From positions 6,036,101 through 6,100,100 of the forward strand of contig NC_092677.1 of the NCBI RefSeq assembly GCF_964355755.1: DNA of 64,000 nt. Direction: 5' to 3'. The DNA is from Antedon mediterranea. Lineage: Eukaryota > Animalia > Echinodermata. A model generated the notes under the pieces. That model had not been told where the DNA came from and did no database searches. It worked only from the letters and a program-made list of their open reading frames with translations. The stretch's first letter is position 1; every line of letters begins with the position of its first letter. Made by a program: the position numbers and the translations under genes. Below are positions 53,901 to 64,000 of the stretch, piece by piece.

Positions 53901-56900
53901 TGATGGAATTTCTGATCCACTCGAAAAGTCTTTGATCAACAAACTAAAAATCACCTTTCAAACAGGTAAAGGAAACAACCATTTGGTGCCGGTTCTGTTC
54001 CCGCAAGACTGTGTTGATGCTATGGATGTACTGAGTAAACCTGAAGCAAGATCTTCTGCAGGTGTTGCTGAAGATAACAAATATGTCTTTGCGTGTGTCC
54101 AAAGATCACAAAATCATGTGACGGGCTGGCACGCCATTAATAGCATTTGTGTTGAAGCAGAAATCAGTTGTCTGGAAAAGTTAACAGCAACAAAAAACCG
54201 CCATAGAATCAGTACTCTGTATGCTTCCATGGAGCTGCCAGAAGCGGAAAGGTCACTGTTCTATAAACACATGGGGCATTCCTCAACTATTAATCAGAAT
54301 GTTTACCAGGCTCCACCAGCTTTAATGGAAATAATCAAAATCGGAAGAGGCTGGAACACATTGACAAAGGTTAGTCATTTTATTTTTTAATCATTTCATT
54401 CAAAATAATTAAAAAATAAAGTTAATGAGCAAATTATGACCATTCAAATTCAAATCAACAAATGCTGCTCTGTATTGTAATCCGAATTTTGATTATCATA
54501 CTTATCTAAAATACAATTATCTACTTGTTGAATATCATTAAATGTTTATATTTTACAGGTGCCAATAATTCACAAGAGTCCCAGAAAACTTGTATAGAAG
54601 GTAATTATGTAGGCCTAATTATAACAGACAATTAACTTGTTCTTTTTCTAATAACATTGTTCATAAAACTTATATTATATCGGTCAGACTTTAATACATT
54701 TTTTAGAATGTGTTTTTTAAAGGAAGAATAGGAGTGATTTTGAGACCTAAAAAGTCAGATTTAGCGTGAAATGTATTTTTCCGTGTGGTCAGTACTGAAG
54801 AATCCAATGTATAAACAAATCACTACATACATAGAAGTCTTGGTCCACGAATATATGAATAACAATTCTCTATGACTTCTTTGATATTTTACAGATGACA
54901 GGTTGATGGATTTGGAGGAGGAAGAGGAGATAATTGAGAAAAGTAAAAGAGGAAAAAGAAGGAAAGGTATGCAGAAATATGTGCTGTTTGTGTTTTAAAT
55001 GTGGCTAAATATTTTTTAATTTGGCAAAAAGAAACCAAAACTTTAGTTAAATCTTTGTCTAGAGTATGAGCGACTCCACTACTACAATAGAGTACATAGA
55101 AACGTTGCACTCCCTCCACCCCCATAAAGGGTCTGGTTCAAAAGTTTTATTACCAACCCAGATCTTTGCTCTTGGTACCCCAGAATCAATTTTTTGAAGG
55201 CAATTCAGATATCACTGAACAGTTTTGTTCACCATCTAATATGACTTAGGAATATATGAATAAATATAAAACAATTCTCTATGACTTCTTTGATATTTCA
55301 CAGATGACAGGTTGATGGATTCGGAAGAGGAAGAGGAGATAATTGAGAAAAGAAGAAAAAGAAAGAAAGGTATGCAGAAATATATGCTGTTTGTGTTTTA
55401 AATGTGGCTAAATATTTTTCAATTTGGCAAAAAGAAACCAAACCTTTAGTTAAATCTTTGTCTAGAGTATGAGCGACTCCACTACTACAATAGAGTACAT
55501 AGAAACGTTGCACTCCCTCCACCCCCATAAAGGGTCTGGTTCAAAAGTTTTATTACCAACCCAGATCTTTGCTCTTGGTACCCAAGAATCAATTTTTTGA
55601 AGGCAATTCAGATATCACTGAACAGTTTTGTTCACCATCTAATATGACTTAGGAATATATGAATAAATATAAAACAATTCTCTATGACTTCTTTGATATT
55701 TCACAGATGACAGGTTGATGGATTCGGAAGAGGAAGAGGAGATAATTGAGAAAAGAAGAAAAAGTTTGAAAGGTACATGCGGGAATATGGGCTGTTTGTG
55801 TTTTAAATGTGGCTAAATATTTTTTTAATTTGGCAAAAAGAAATCAAACCTTTAGTTAATTTTTTGTCTAGAGTATGAGCGACTCCACTACTACAATAAA
55901 GTACATATAAACGTCGGACCCCGTCAATCCAGATCTTTGTTCTTGGTTTCTATTAATCGATTTTTAGGGAAATGCAAATATGAAAAAGTAACCCTTAGCT
56001 TTATAAATGTTTTTTGCTCGAAATGTTCTGAATTGTCAGTTAAGAAAATATGATGTATTGTTTAAATTGTTAACCTCTCTTAATTGCACTAAAAAAATGT
56101 AATTAGCTAACATATTTTTCATTGCAAGTGAGCAAAATGATGAAAAGAAAATGCTTTTATTTACAGGGAGAATGTACACAAAATGGAAAACAAAAGATGA
56201 AAGAAACTTCAATGACATAATAATTGGTACAGCAAATAAGACTATACCTTGTGAGTAATAATTTTTCTGCATTATTTAGTACAGTAAATCCTATGTAACA
56301 GTAGTATTTAAGTGTTATTGATAATTAAATCCCTTGTGTACAGTTAATACTTTTATTCTGTTTTTATAGATATCATTTAAGGCCAAAAAATGTATATTTA
56401 TCGTTTCTGACTGCTTCCTTTTAGATGTCACTTTTAAATATGGAGAGGAAAAGCATTTTTGTATCGATGGCGATTTAGAGCCAATTTCTAACAACTAGAT
56501 GGTACGCTTGCTTCGCTCGCGTACCATCTAGCATCATGTCTATGCTGCCAATCAGCTTGATCGGCGCTTTCTCGTATGTCCACGACAGTGGCTGTATGAA
56601 CTGGTACACCAGGTGTAACTCCCCTACTTGTCTTCGAAATATGTACTAGGTTCAGCAGTGTGTGTACACTGGACCTACGCTTTATAGTCCTTATGCGAGA
56701 AGAAAAAAAAATGCAAGAAAAAAAAAACAGGGCATACTCTTTTCAAAAAGTTTGGATGTTTTTTTTTCATGTAATAACACATAATAAACCATCAATTAAT
56801 AATTAGAGATATTATTATTGTTTTTTTTTTTTGTATTGTAGCTAAGAATGAAGCTTTGACATTTTTAAACAAATATATGCTGCATGAGAGCTATCCATGG

Positions 56901-56984
56901 AAGACCGTAAGATCAAAAGTTATGAATGAACGAGTAAAGAGGCAAAGACAAATTAAAGAAAGGATGGAGATAATGGAGATGTGA
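41946..56984 (+). CDS. Multi-exon tyrosine recombinase gene: acidic N-terminus, C2H2 and C2HC zinc fingers, YR domain, acidic/basic repeats, Myb/SANT-like C-terminus; two apparent 1-nt frameshifts
   Basis: Exons 41946-41989, 42517-42585, 42912-42986, 43195-43233, 43457-43520, 43649-43673, 43906-43946, 44103-44162, 50690-50749, 51413-51472, 52718-54369, 54559-54600, 54895-54966, 55304-55369, 55707-55772, 56167-56250, 56842-56984. YR motifs LYNARRGGE (R), GKGN (K), TKNRHR (R), MGH (H), VYQ (Y). Frameshifts needed in the A18 run 52729-52746 and near 54349. Confidence 0.8.
47000..49090 (+). pseudogene. Degraded Academ protein: XPG/FEN1-like nuclease domain and C-terminal Cys-rich zinc finger
   Basis: EEADTRMF, SPDTDDVF, HCFTGCDSVSAFFGNGK (H3TH-like), GNGW, and CKKSKC...CC...CTELCSCKNCNN; broken by frameshifts and stops; no transposase core seen. 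Confidence 0.8.
49150..49795. repeat. 173-bp tandem repeat, about 3.7 copies, inside the Academ element
   Basis: atgtaaatttatattaaact recurs at 49159, 49315, 49488 and 49661. Confidence 0.9.
50457..51578 (+). repeat. ~720-bp tandem exon-intron unit (copies at ~44020-44660 continuing at 50457, ~50605-51330 and ~51330-51578)
   Basis: Near-identical 60-nt exon (xSxVDTSYRPDDSISETxDE) and intron flanks repeated three times. Confidence 0.9.
51578..52113 (-). mobile_element. 5' fragment of the Helitron family found at 59260-60576
   Basis: Near-identical to 60036-60576, including the A|TCTATATA start. Confidence 0.8.
54850..55960 (+). repeat. ~405-bp tandem exon-intron unit, 3 copies
   Basis: Exons begin at 54895, 55304 and 55707 (DDRLMDxEEEEEIIEK...), with near-identical introns. 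Confidence 0.92.
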
Positions 56985-57094
56985 GATGTCATAAAAATCA
57001 ATGTATTAACAATTTGCAAATTGTTAATATATTGATGTAGCAGTCCAAATACATTGCATGCTAATATCAGCTCTATTAACAATTTTCTTAAAGA

Positions 57095-58030
57095 TGTATT
57101 GTTGATAATAGTAGGCAATTTATTGAGACTGCAATGTGTTAACAATTTACCTAATGGCACAAGATTTGATTCTGATTCAATTATATAATTGCTGTATTAC
57201 AATTTCCTGTAATATTGATAATAGTATGCAATTTATTGAGACTGCAATGTGTTAACAATTTGCCTAATGGCACAAAATTTGATTCTGATTAAATTATATA
57301 ATTGCTGTATTACAATTTCCTATAATATTGATAATAGTATGCAATTTATTGAGACTGCAATGTGTTAACAATTTGCCTAATGGCACAAAATTTGATTCTG
57401 ATTAAATTATATAATTGCTGTATTACAATTTCCTATAATATTGATAATAGTATGCAATTTATTGAGACTGCAATGTGTTAACAATTTGCCTAATGGCACA
57501 AAATTTGATTCTGATTAAATTATATAATTGCTGTATTACAATTTCCTGTAATATTGATAATAGTAGGCAATTTATTGAGACTGCAATGTGTTAACAATTT
57601 GCCTAATGGCACAAGATTTGATTCTGATTAAATTATATAATTGCTGTATTACAATTTCCTATAATATTGATAATAGTATGCAATTTATTGAGACTGCAAT
57701 GTGTTAACAATTTGCCTAATGGCACAAGATTTGATTCTGATTCAATTATATAATTGCGGTATTGCAATTTCCTGTAATATTGATAGTAGTATGCAATTCA
57801 TTGAGACTGCAATGTGTTAACAATTTACCTAATCGCACAAGATTTTATTCTGATTAAATTATATAATTGCGGTATTACAATTTCCTGTAATATTGATAAT
57901 AGTATGCAATTTATTAAGACTGCAATGTGTTAACAATTTGCCTAATGGCACAAGATTTGATTCTGATTCAATTATATAATTGCTGTATTACAATTTTCTG
58001 TAATATTGATAATAATAATATGCAATTTAT
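57095..58030. repeat. 113-bp satellite, about 8 copies, downstream of the YR stop codon
   Basis: gcaatttattgagactgcaatg (with minor variants) recurs at 57115, 57228, 57341, 57454, 57567, 57680, 57793 and 57906. Confidence 0.95.
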
Positions 58031-59125
58031 TTTTATCTGTACATAATTGTATATGTAATGCTTGCATAAATGATTTTTATTTATTTATTTTTTTGACGCA
58101 GCTTTTATGAAATTGATTGCCGCCGATGTACATCATATATGTCAATAAAATATTATTATTATAGCATGCAATTTATTGAGACTTGCTACACTATAATTAC
58201 TGTGTACTCTATGTATACATTATTTTATTTAATGTGAAAACAGTATCAATTACTTTGTTTGTACAATCTTCACCTTACAAGCTAAAATTGTTTCAAAGTT
58301 TAGATATTCTGTTAAATTGAATAGGTTTGGCATTTGGACTCTTAATAAATCTATCTTAAAGAAATTGCGAATTTGTTGAACTTCTTTATTTTGAGTAAGT
58401 TTGTTGCTTGATCTAATTCATTCGGGCTGGTTTAACTTTCAGCTAGGTTACAAAGCGAAATCAAATGTTCCTTTTATTCAAAAAAATAGAATTTTTATTT
58501 TGAATACTGTATTATAACACATTTATATTTTTAGTAGAATTGTTGTCTGAAGATGATCTTTACAAAGCATTTTTAACAATTTGTACCATATTTTAACACC
58601 TTGATATTAATCGTGTTGTAGATTTTCATTTCGAGGGTTAATTATTGTTAGCATTTCATGGCCCCACCCTCTTAAAAACCCTTCTGAACAATTAACAAAA
58701 AACATTTTTTTATTCATCAATTTAACATTGGTATGTTTTTTTCTATCAATAGTAATAATTGGAATGGTTTTAATGAGCTTTGTACTGGTATTGTTGACTT
58801 TGCACTATTGTTGCACTGTTTAATCTGTAAATAAGACATTTTTATACTGTAATATGTTATGTACACTGTCAAGTCTCCCAAATGTACATTTTAGAGTTTG
58901 AAAAACAGTTGGGAGACAAAAATAACAACTTAAAACATATATATCTTACAGTTTAATTGTTATTATAATTTTTTTTGTTTTTAAATATGTAGTAACATGC
59001 CTTTAATGAAATAAAATGAAAGGGTGTATGTAAAATATATGTCAAAGTATAATAATCAGCCATTTTGTCATTGTCTCCCAAATATACAAAAAAATAGCAT
59101 GTCTCCCAAAGTGTTAATTTAGTGG

Positions 59126-59158
<33 letters not shown>

Positions 59159-59259
59159 CATACTGTAAATTATAGAAACAGTGCTCATATTCGGAACATG
59201 ATCTCAATCGCGTCGAGCATAGCTCATTGGCGAAAGTTATTATACTATAATTTACAGTA

Positions 59260-60576
59260 CTAGATGGTACGCTCGCTTCGCTCGCGTACCATCTAGGTCG
59301 TTCCCACAGATGGTTCTCGAATACACAGTAATTTCAGCGTAACAAAACTGGCGATTTCAAATGTACGTACCGCAGGACTATAGGCCTATACATTGTCGTT
59401 TACAGTTCTACAAATAAATAGACACGATGATTTATGTAGTCAACTAAAATTAGCACCCTGGGAATTACTTCCGAAGGAGAAACTTATCACAAAATGAGTC
59501 CAAGTTTTTGATTTGGACTCATTTAAAGAAACCCAATTTGTGTTTTGTATGTAACATTAGGGTTGAGGGATGGGAAAGCGGATAGGTACAAAGAGGAACA
59601 ATTTTTAAATATATTCTTTATCCACTCAGTAACGAAATATTTTTTTTATAGGCCTATAAATAATATACCTCTAAATACAGTAAAACATTTGCGATTTAAT
59701 ACTTTTTTTATTTTATTTATTTATTTATTTCTTTTAAATATTCATTGTACACTAATTTTCCCCGTGTATGGCAGGAGATTCCTAATTATATTAGAGAACA
59801 TTCTTTATTTAGTTTAGTTAAAACTGTCACTGTCATAATCGATTGAAATATTAAAGTACCATGTAACGATACACCACTACGACGTTTATATTTGGTAATT
59901 AATAATTAATACAAACGTTGAGAAAGAACTGTCAGTATAAAGTTTATTTGTATATAATAATGTGTTTATATATCTAACAGTAGAGCCTATCCACAATCTC
60001 GCAAGTTTATTCTCAAAGGGCCCATATATTTACCTACCATATGTGTTAAACCAAGGGCTCATAAATTTACCTACAGTACTTGTGTTAAACCAAACTCTGG
60101 CAGACTGAGAGATTGGGATGTTCCATTCATCGCAAATCAATAGATTTGTATAATCGTATATTAAATCTATCAAAATAGTATTTTTTAAAGAAAATCGGCC
60201 TGTCTTCAACATTATGATGGTGTACTCTAGCTGTTCAACCGGTTTTCAGCTATTAAAAACAATTATCGTAGGAGGAGATAGGAAAATGCGAAGCCTCCTC
60301 ACATTTTTGTGGCGGGTATTTTTCAAGACGGACATCCATTATACAGTGTATACCACGGTCGGAAAACACCCCTATTTGGGGCAAATCTTGGAACCTAAAT
60401 TCGTTTTAACCGTCAATAACTTATTATCTAACTTAATTTAATTAGTAAACAGGGTTACATCAGGTGGTTAAAATCAGTACCGAAAGTACGAACCAACTTT
60501 ATATACCATCGAGTAAAAATTATAGAAGTAAGGCGCGATTTACCGAATTTTGCCCTTACGTAAATTTATATATAGA
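59260..60576 (-). mobile_element. Non-autonomous Helitron, about 1.3 kb
   Basis: Minus strand begins A|TCTATATA and ends with hairpin ctagatggtacgc...gcgtaccatCTAG|T; inserted in AT with no TSD. A second copy of the 3' hairpin is at 56495-56531. Confidence 0.75.
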
Positions 60577-60906
60577 TGATTTATATATAATTTACACAGT
60601 GCTACGCAACATCATTGATATATATATATACAGTATTACGTCCCGAGTCCAGATAAGAATCCACTCAAACATGCCATATCAAGACTGTGTATACAGGGCC
60701 AGGATCACTTGTGTGAAATGCATAACAGGACAGCGGACATTGTCTACCGCCGGCCCCGATGTGAAAGTTCACTAACAACAATTATGACAAAAATTCATAA
60801 AGAAGTACGGTAACTAAATTTAATATATATACGGTACTGATGATGAGCTCGTAACAGACACACACATCGGCTATCTGATCCGTCAATAATGATACTTAAA
60901 ATACAG

Positions 60907-61986
60907 GGGTGTCACGAAACCTCAGACCACGAAAGCTCAGACCCCCTAAGACCTAAGATCACGAAAGCTAAGACCCAACACCTAAGATTACAAATACTAA
61001 GATATACTACAGCTTAAAAACAATACTTGTTTATCCATACATAATTTTAAACACAGTAGGTTTCATTTATTACCATAAATATAATTTAATACTACCGCAA
61101 AACATAGATAAACTCACATTATTTTCGCCCGTTGAGTAAATGTATATTTTTTCTTTACAACAAACAAACTTGACGGGTTGTTTGTTGGTATATATTTACT
61201 CCATTGTGTTGGTTCAGAGGATGTTTTTCTTACGCACCTGCCTTTCTTGTATTTTGACTCCAAATTTGTTGACTAACTTTATCCTGAACACCACACTTTA
61301 AAATTAGGACTTATAAGTACTTTCAAAAGGAGAAACACATAATAACAAATAAATAAATCCTTTAAATTGATGATTTTACAGATGTGTTTCTTTGTATACT
61401 GTAATGTAACTCCTCGAGCTCCCCATGCTCAATGTTTTTGTTTCTATGGAGCGCCAAAAGAGCAACAATAATAGTACAAGTATAAAAACAGAAAGAAAAC
61501 GAAACAAAAAAACTTATCATGATTTTTAAATTAAAATTTATTTGCCAGTATTTATTTCTTCGTACTTGCATGATTATACTATTATCATTACAATTTTAAT
61601 TTTACATTGTTCCATCCACACTGTAGATGGACTCCACAGAGTTTTCAGCCCTCTATATAATTTTTGCTCTTTTGACGTTCCATAGAAACAAAAACATTGA
61701 ACATGGCCCATGGGGTAGGCCTACTGTACTGTAGGCTAGTCATTTTGTGTGCGAGAAAAACGTCTGTAAAATCATCAATTTAAAAATGTATTTGTTACTT
61801 TTTATGTGATTCTTTTTCATGAAAGTGCCAATTCTAAGGTGTGGTATTCAGAATAAATGTTAGGAGTTAAAATACAAGGCAGGTGCGAAAGATAAATATT
61901 TGTAATCTTAGGTGTTGGGTCTTAGCTTTCGTGATCTTAGGTCTTAGGGGGTCTGAGCTTTCGTGGTCTGAGGTTTCGTGACACCC
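60907..61986. mobile_element. MULE-like foldback MITE with ~90-bp perfect TIRs and 10-bp TSD
   Basis: TIR gggtgtcacgaaacctcagacc...cctaagattacaaata and its reverse complement; TSD taaaatacag at 60897-60906 and 61987-61996; further imperfect internal inverted arms. Confidence 0.9.
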
Positions 61987-62065
61987 TAAAATACAGCCAT
62001 CTATTAAAAAACCAACAAACATTTAAATATATATATATAAACGGTGAATACAACTGCACGTCAAC

Positions 62066-64000
62066 ATGAGCCGAGAAAGAAGAAATAAAAAAAAAGATAA
62101 AGAAAAAGATCGAGTTCTACTAGCCCCAGAATCATCAACTCTTGACTCTGAATGCATGGACCCTGACGGAACTGATGCAACAGAAGTGGGTATGCTGTGG
62201 CGGGAACTTCGAACATTTCAAACCGTCATCAAGGGTAAGCTAAACTCGATCATTTTAAATCAAGAGGCTTACTCAAACGAATTGACAAGATCGAACATAA
62301 ACAAACGGAACTAGAAAAATCGATCGCATTTACCAGTGATTCAATCGTAGAGATAGAGAAGAAAATCGTATCATTTTGTACGGACATTTAAGCGGTTAAG
62401 ACATCAATGGACGCCGACCGGAACAACGTCACATTACTTCAAAATCAAATCCTTAAACTTGAGAGATACTCTAGAAGTTTTAATTTGAGATTCGGTGGAA
62501 TTAAAGAAAGTATAGATGAAATTCCATTTGAGAAAATTAATGAAATTATAAAGAACGATCTGAAACTACCGAACATTACAGTCGAAAATGCCCACCGTAC
62601 AGGCAAACCCCGTACTTCACCGACCGGAGCACCTAGACATATTATCGCTAAATTCCTGTTTCGACCGCAGCGCTACCAAGTACTGATGCAAGCCAAAACA
62701 GGTCATGTGTTGAAAAATAAGGGGATCTTCGTACTAGAGGACTTACCAGAAACTGACCTTAAAAAGAAACGTAATCTCAGAGAAATAATGGCAAAAGCAT
62801 ACGGAGAAGGGAAACGACCAGTGTTTAGAAACGGGAACCTCTATATTAACGGTAAACTCCACTCATAAGCCGTTCATACGACTTTTGTTTTTGTCAACAA
62901 AGTCTTAAAAACTACGATGTATGTAAACAATCAATTACATTTGCATATGAAAGGGTGTCTCCTGTCAAACGTGTTATTGTTCTCACCTACTATTACGCCA
63001 CAATTAAGTAACAATCATTTGCATACAGATGAGAGAATGTCCCATGTCAAACACATATTGCTACCATACTACCACTGTATGTAAACAAACCAGCTAATCA
63101 ATTACTAAAGTAACAAATCCAAGACACATTGAGATACAGGTGAGAGGATGTTCCAGTCTATAACAGACTTGTGATTGTCTAATTAATTGTACGTACTATC
63201 TAGAAAATGGCTGAAATAGTACCGGTATTTTTATATTGCTGCTTTTTTTAAATATTATATAATACATCTGTATTATAACTATAAGTTGCAAACATTGCAT
63301 ATTCAACATTTGCTCACAACTTCAAACATTTAATTGATAAAAACTTTCCTTTGAAAAAAATTAAGGCAAAAGCAAATAAAGATCGATCTCCATGGATCAC
63401 CGAGGCATAGCAAAGTCAATAACAACTAAGGGCAGGTTGTATAGTTCATACAGAAAAAATCCCACTCCCTCAAATAAACTGAAATATACTAAATACAGAA
63501 ACAAACTTACAGCACTTATTAAGAAACAAAAAGAAGAATACTACTTTACTCAATTTGAAAATAATAAAAGTAATACCAAAAAGACATAGAAAACGATTAA
63601 CACTATAATGGGAAGGACAAAAACACAACAACTACCACCAACAATAAATCATGACTTTAAGCAATTTAACACCCCCTCAGAAAAAGCAAATGCGTTTAAT
63701 ACTTATTTCACAAGCATTGGAGAAACGTTGGCAAAACGAATCTCACAAGAACCACAAATAACAGAATCATCCTCGTATTTAACAGGAAACTATGTTAATT
63801 CTATGTTTCTAAGACCTGTTAGTGTTACTGAGGATGAAATTAAAAGTCTCCTTGAAAATTTGGAAACTAATAAAACACCTGGAGCACTATATCTAAAACC
63901 ATACTCAAACTATCTTAAACGACCGATTACTCATTTGATCAACATATCACTCGCCACCGGTTGTTTTCCGGACGAACTTAAAATTGCAAAAACAATACCT
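62066..64000 (+). mobile_element. Decayed LINE (CR1/L2 group): frameshifted ORF1 (62066-62868) and ORF2 fragment (~63290 to window end) with no endonuclease region seen
   Basis: ORF1 has a coiled coil plus LERYSRSFNLRFGGI, VENAHR, PRHIIAKF. ORF2 linker PWIT...KYTKYRNKLTALIKKQK...ANAFNTYF...INISLATGCFPDELKIAK is broken by stops and frameshifts. Confidence 0.85.

Larger units (their letters stand above)
40046..59125 (+). mobile_element. ~19-kb tyrosine-recombinase (Crypton-like) element inserted in a (TA)n microsatellite
   Basis: (TA)n at 40002-40045 and 59126-59153. Imperfect inverted termini taattatacacttgggagaca / tgtctcccaaagtgttaattta. TTGGGAGACA-type motifs at 40063, 40095, 40112, 40128(rc) and 58873(rc), 58909, 59072(rc), 59100(rc). 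Encloses one spliced YR gene. Confidence 0.8.

Noticed and set aside
52774-54390. Phage or bacterial integrase (contamination or prophage)
   Set aside because: The ORF is bounded by spliceosomal acceptor and donor sites, is embedded among eukaryotic TEs and has eukaryote-type zinc fingers; no phage genes are nearby.
54889-55528. Duplicated 76-78 aa minus-strand ORFs
   Set aside because: They arise from the ~405-bp tandem unit; the splice signals and coding exons are on the + strand.
57095-58030. CRISPR array next to a recombinase
   Set aside because: Units are near-identical along their full 113 bp, with no variable spacers.

Overview
AT-rich, intron-containing invertebrate metazoan genomic DNA (not prokaryotic). 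The left half holds three minus-strand multi-exon host genes: HYOU1/GRP170 (3' end runs off the window, ERSE-like promoter element), BAG1 and a DBH-like copper monooxygenase (MOXD1-like). These are followed by a small putative single-pass membrane protein with ITIM-like tyrosine motifs. The main find is in the right half: a ~19 kb self-contained mobile unit (about 40046-59125) bounded on both sides by (TA)n microsatellite, with clustered TTGGGAGACA motifs in inverted orientation at its two ends. It carries one ~17-exon gene encoding acidic repeats, two zinc fingers, a tyrosine recombinase and a Myb/SANT-like tail, i.e. a giant Crypton-like element apparently inserted in a (TA)n tract. It contains tandemly amplified exons, a 113-bp satellite and nested transposons (a 7-bp-TSD TIR element containing an AcademX-like element, and a 36-bp P-like micro-MITE). 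Many other TEs are delimited by TIRs and TSDs (MULE-like, AcademH-like, Helitron, HINE, SINEs, LINE remnants). All exon models were read by eye from GT-AG boundaries and need RNA confirmation; no database searches were run.
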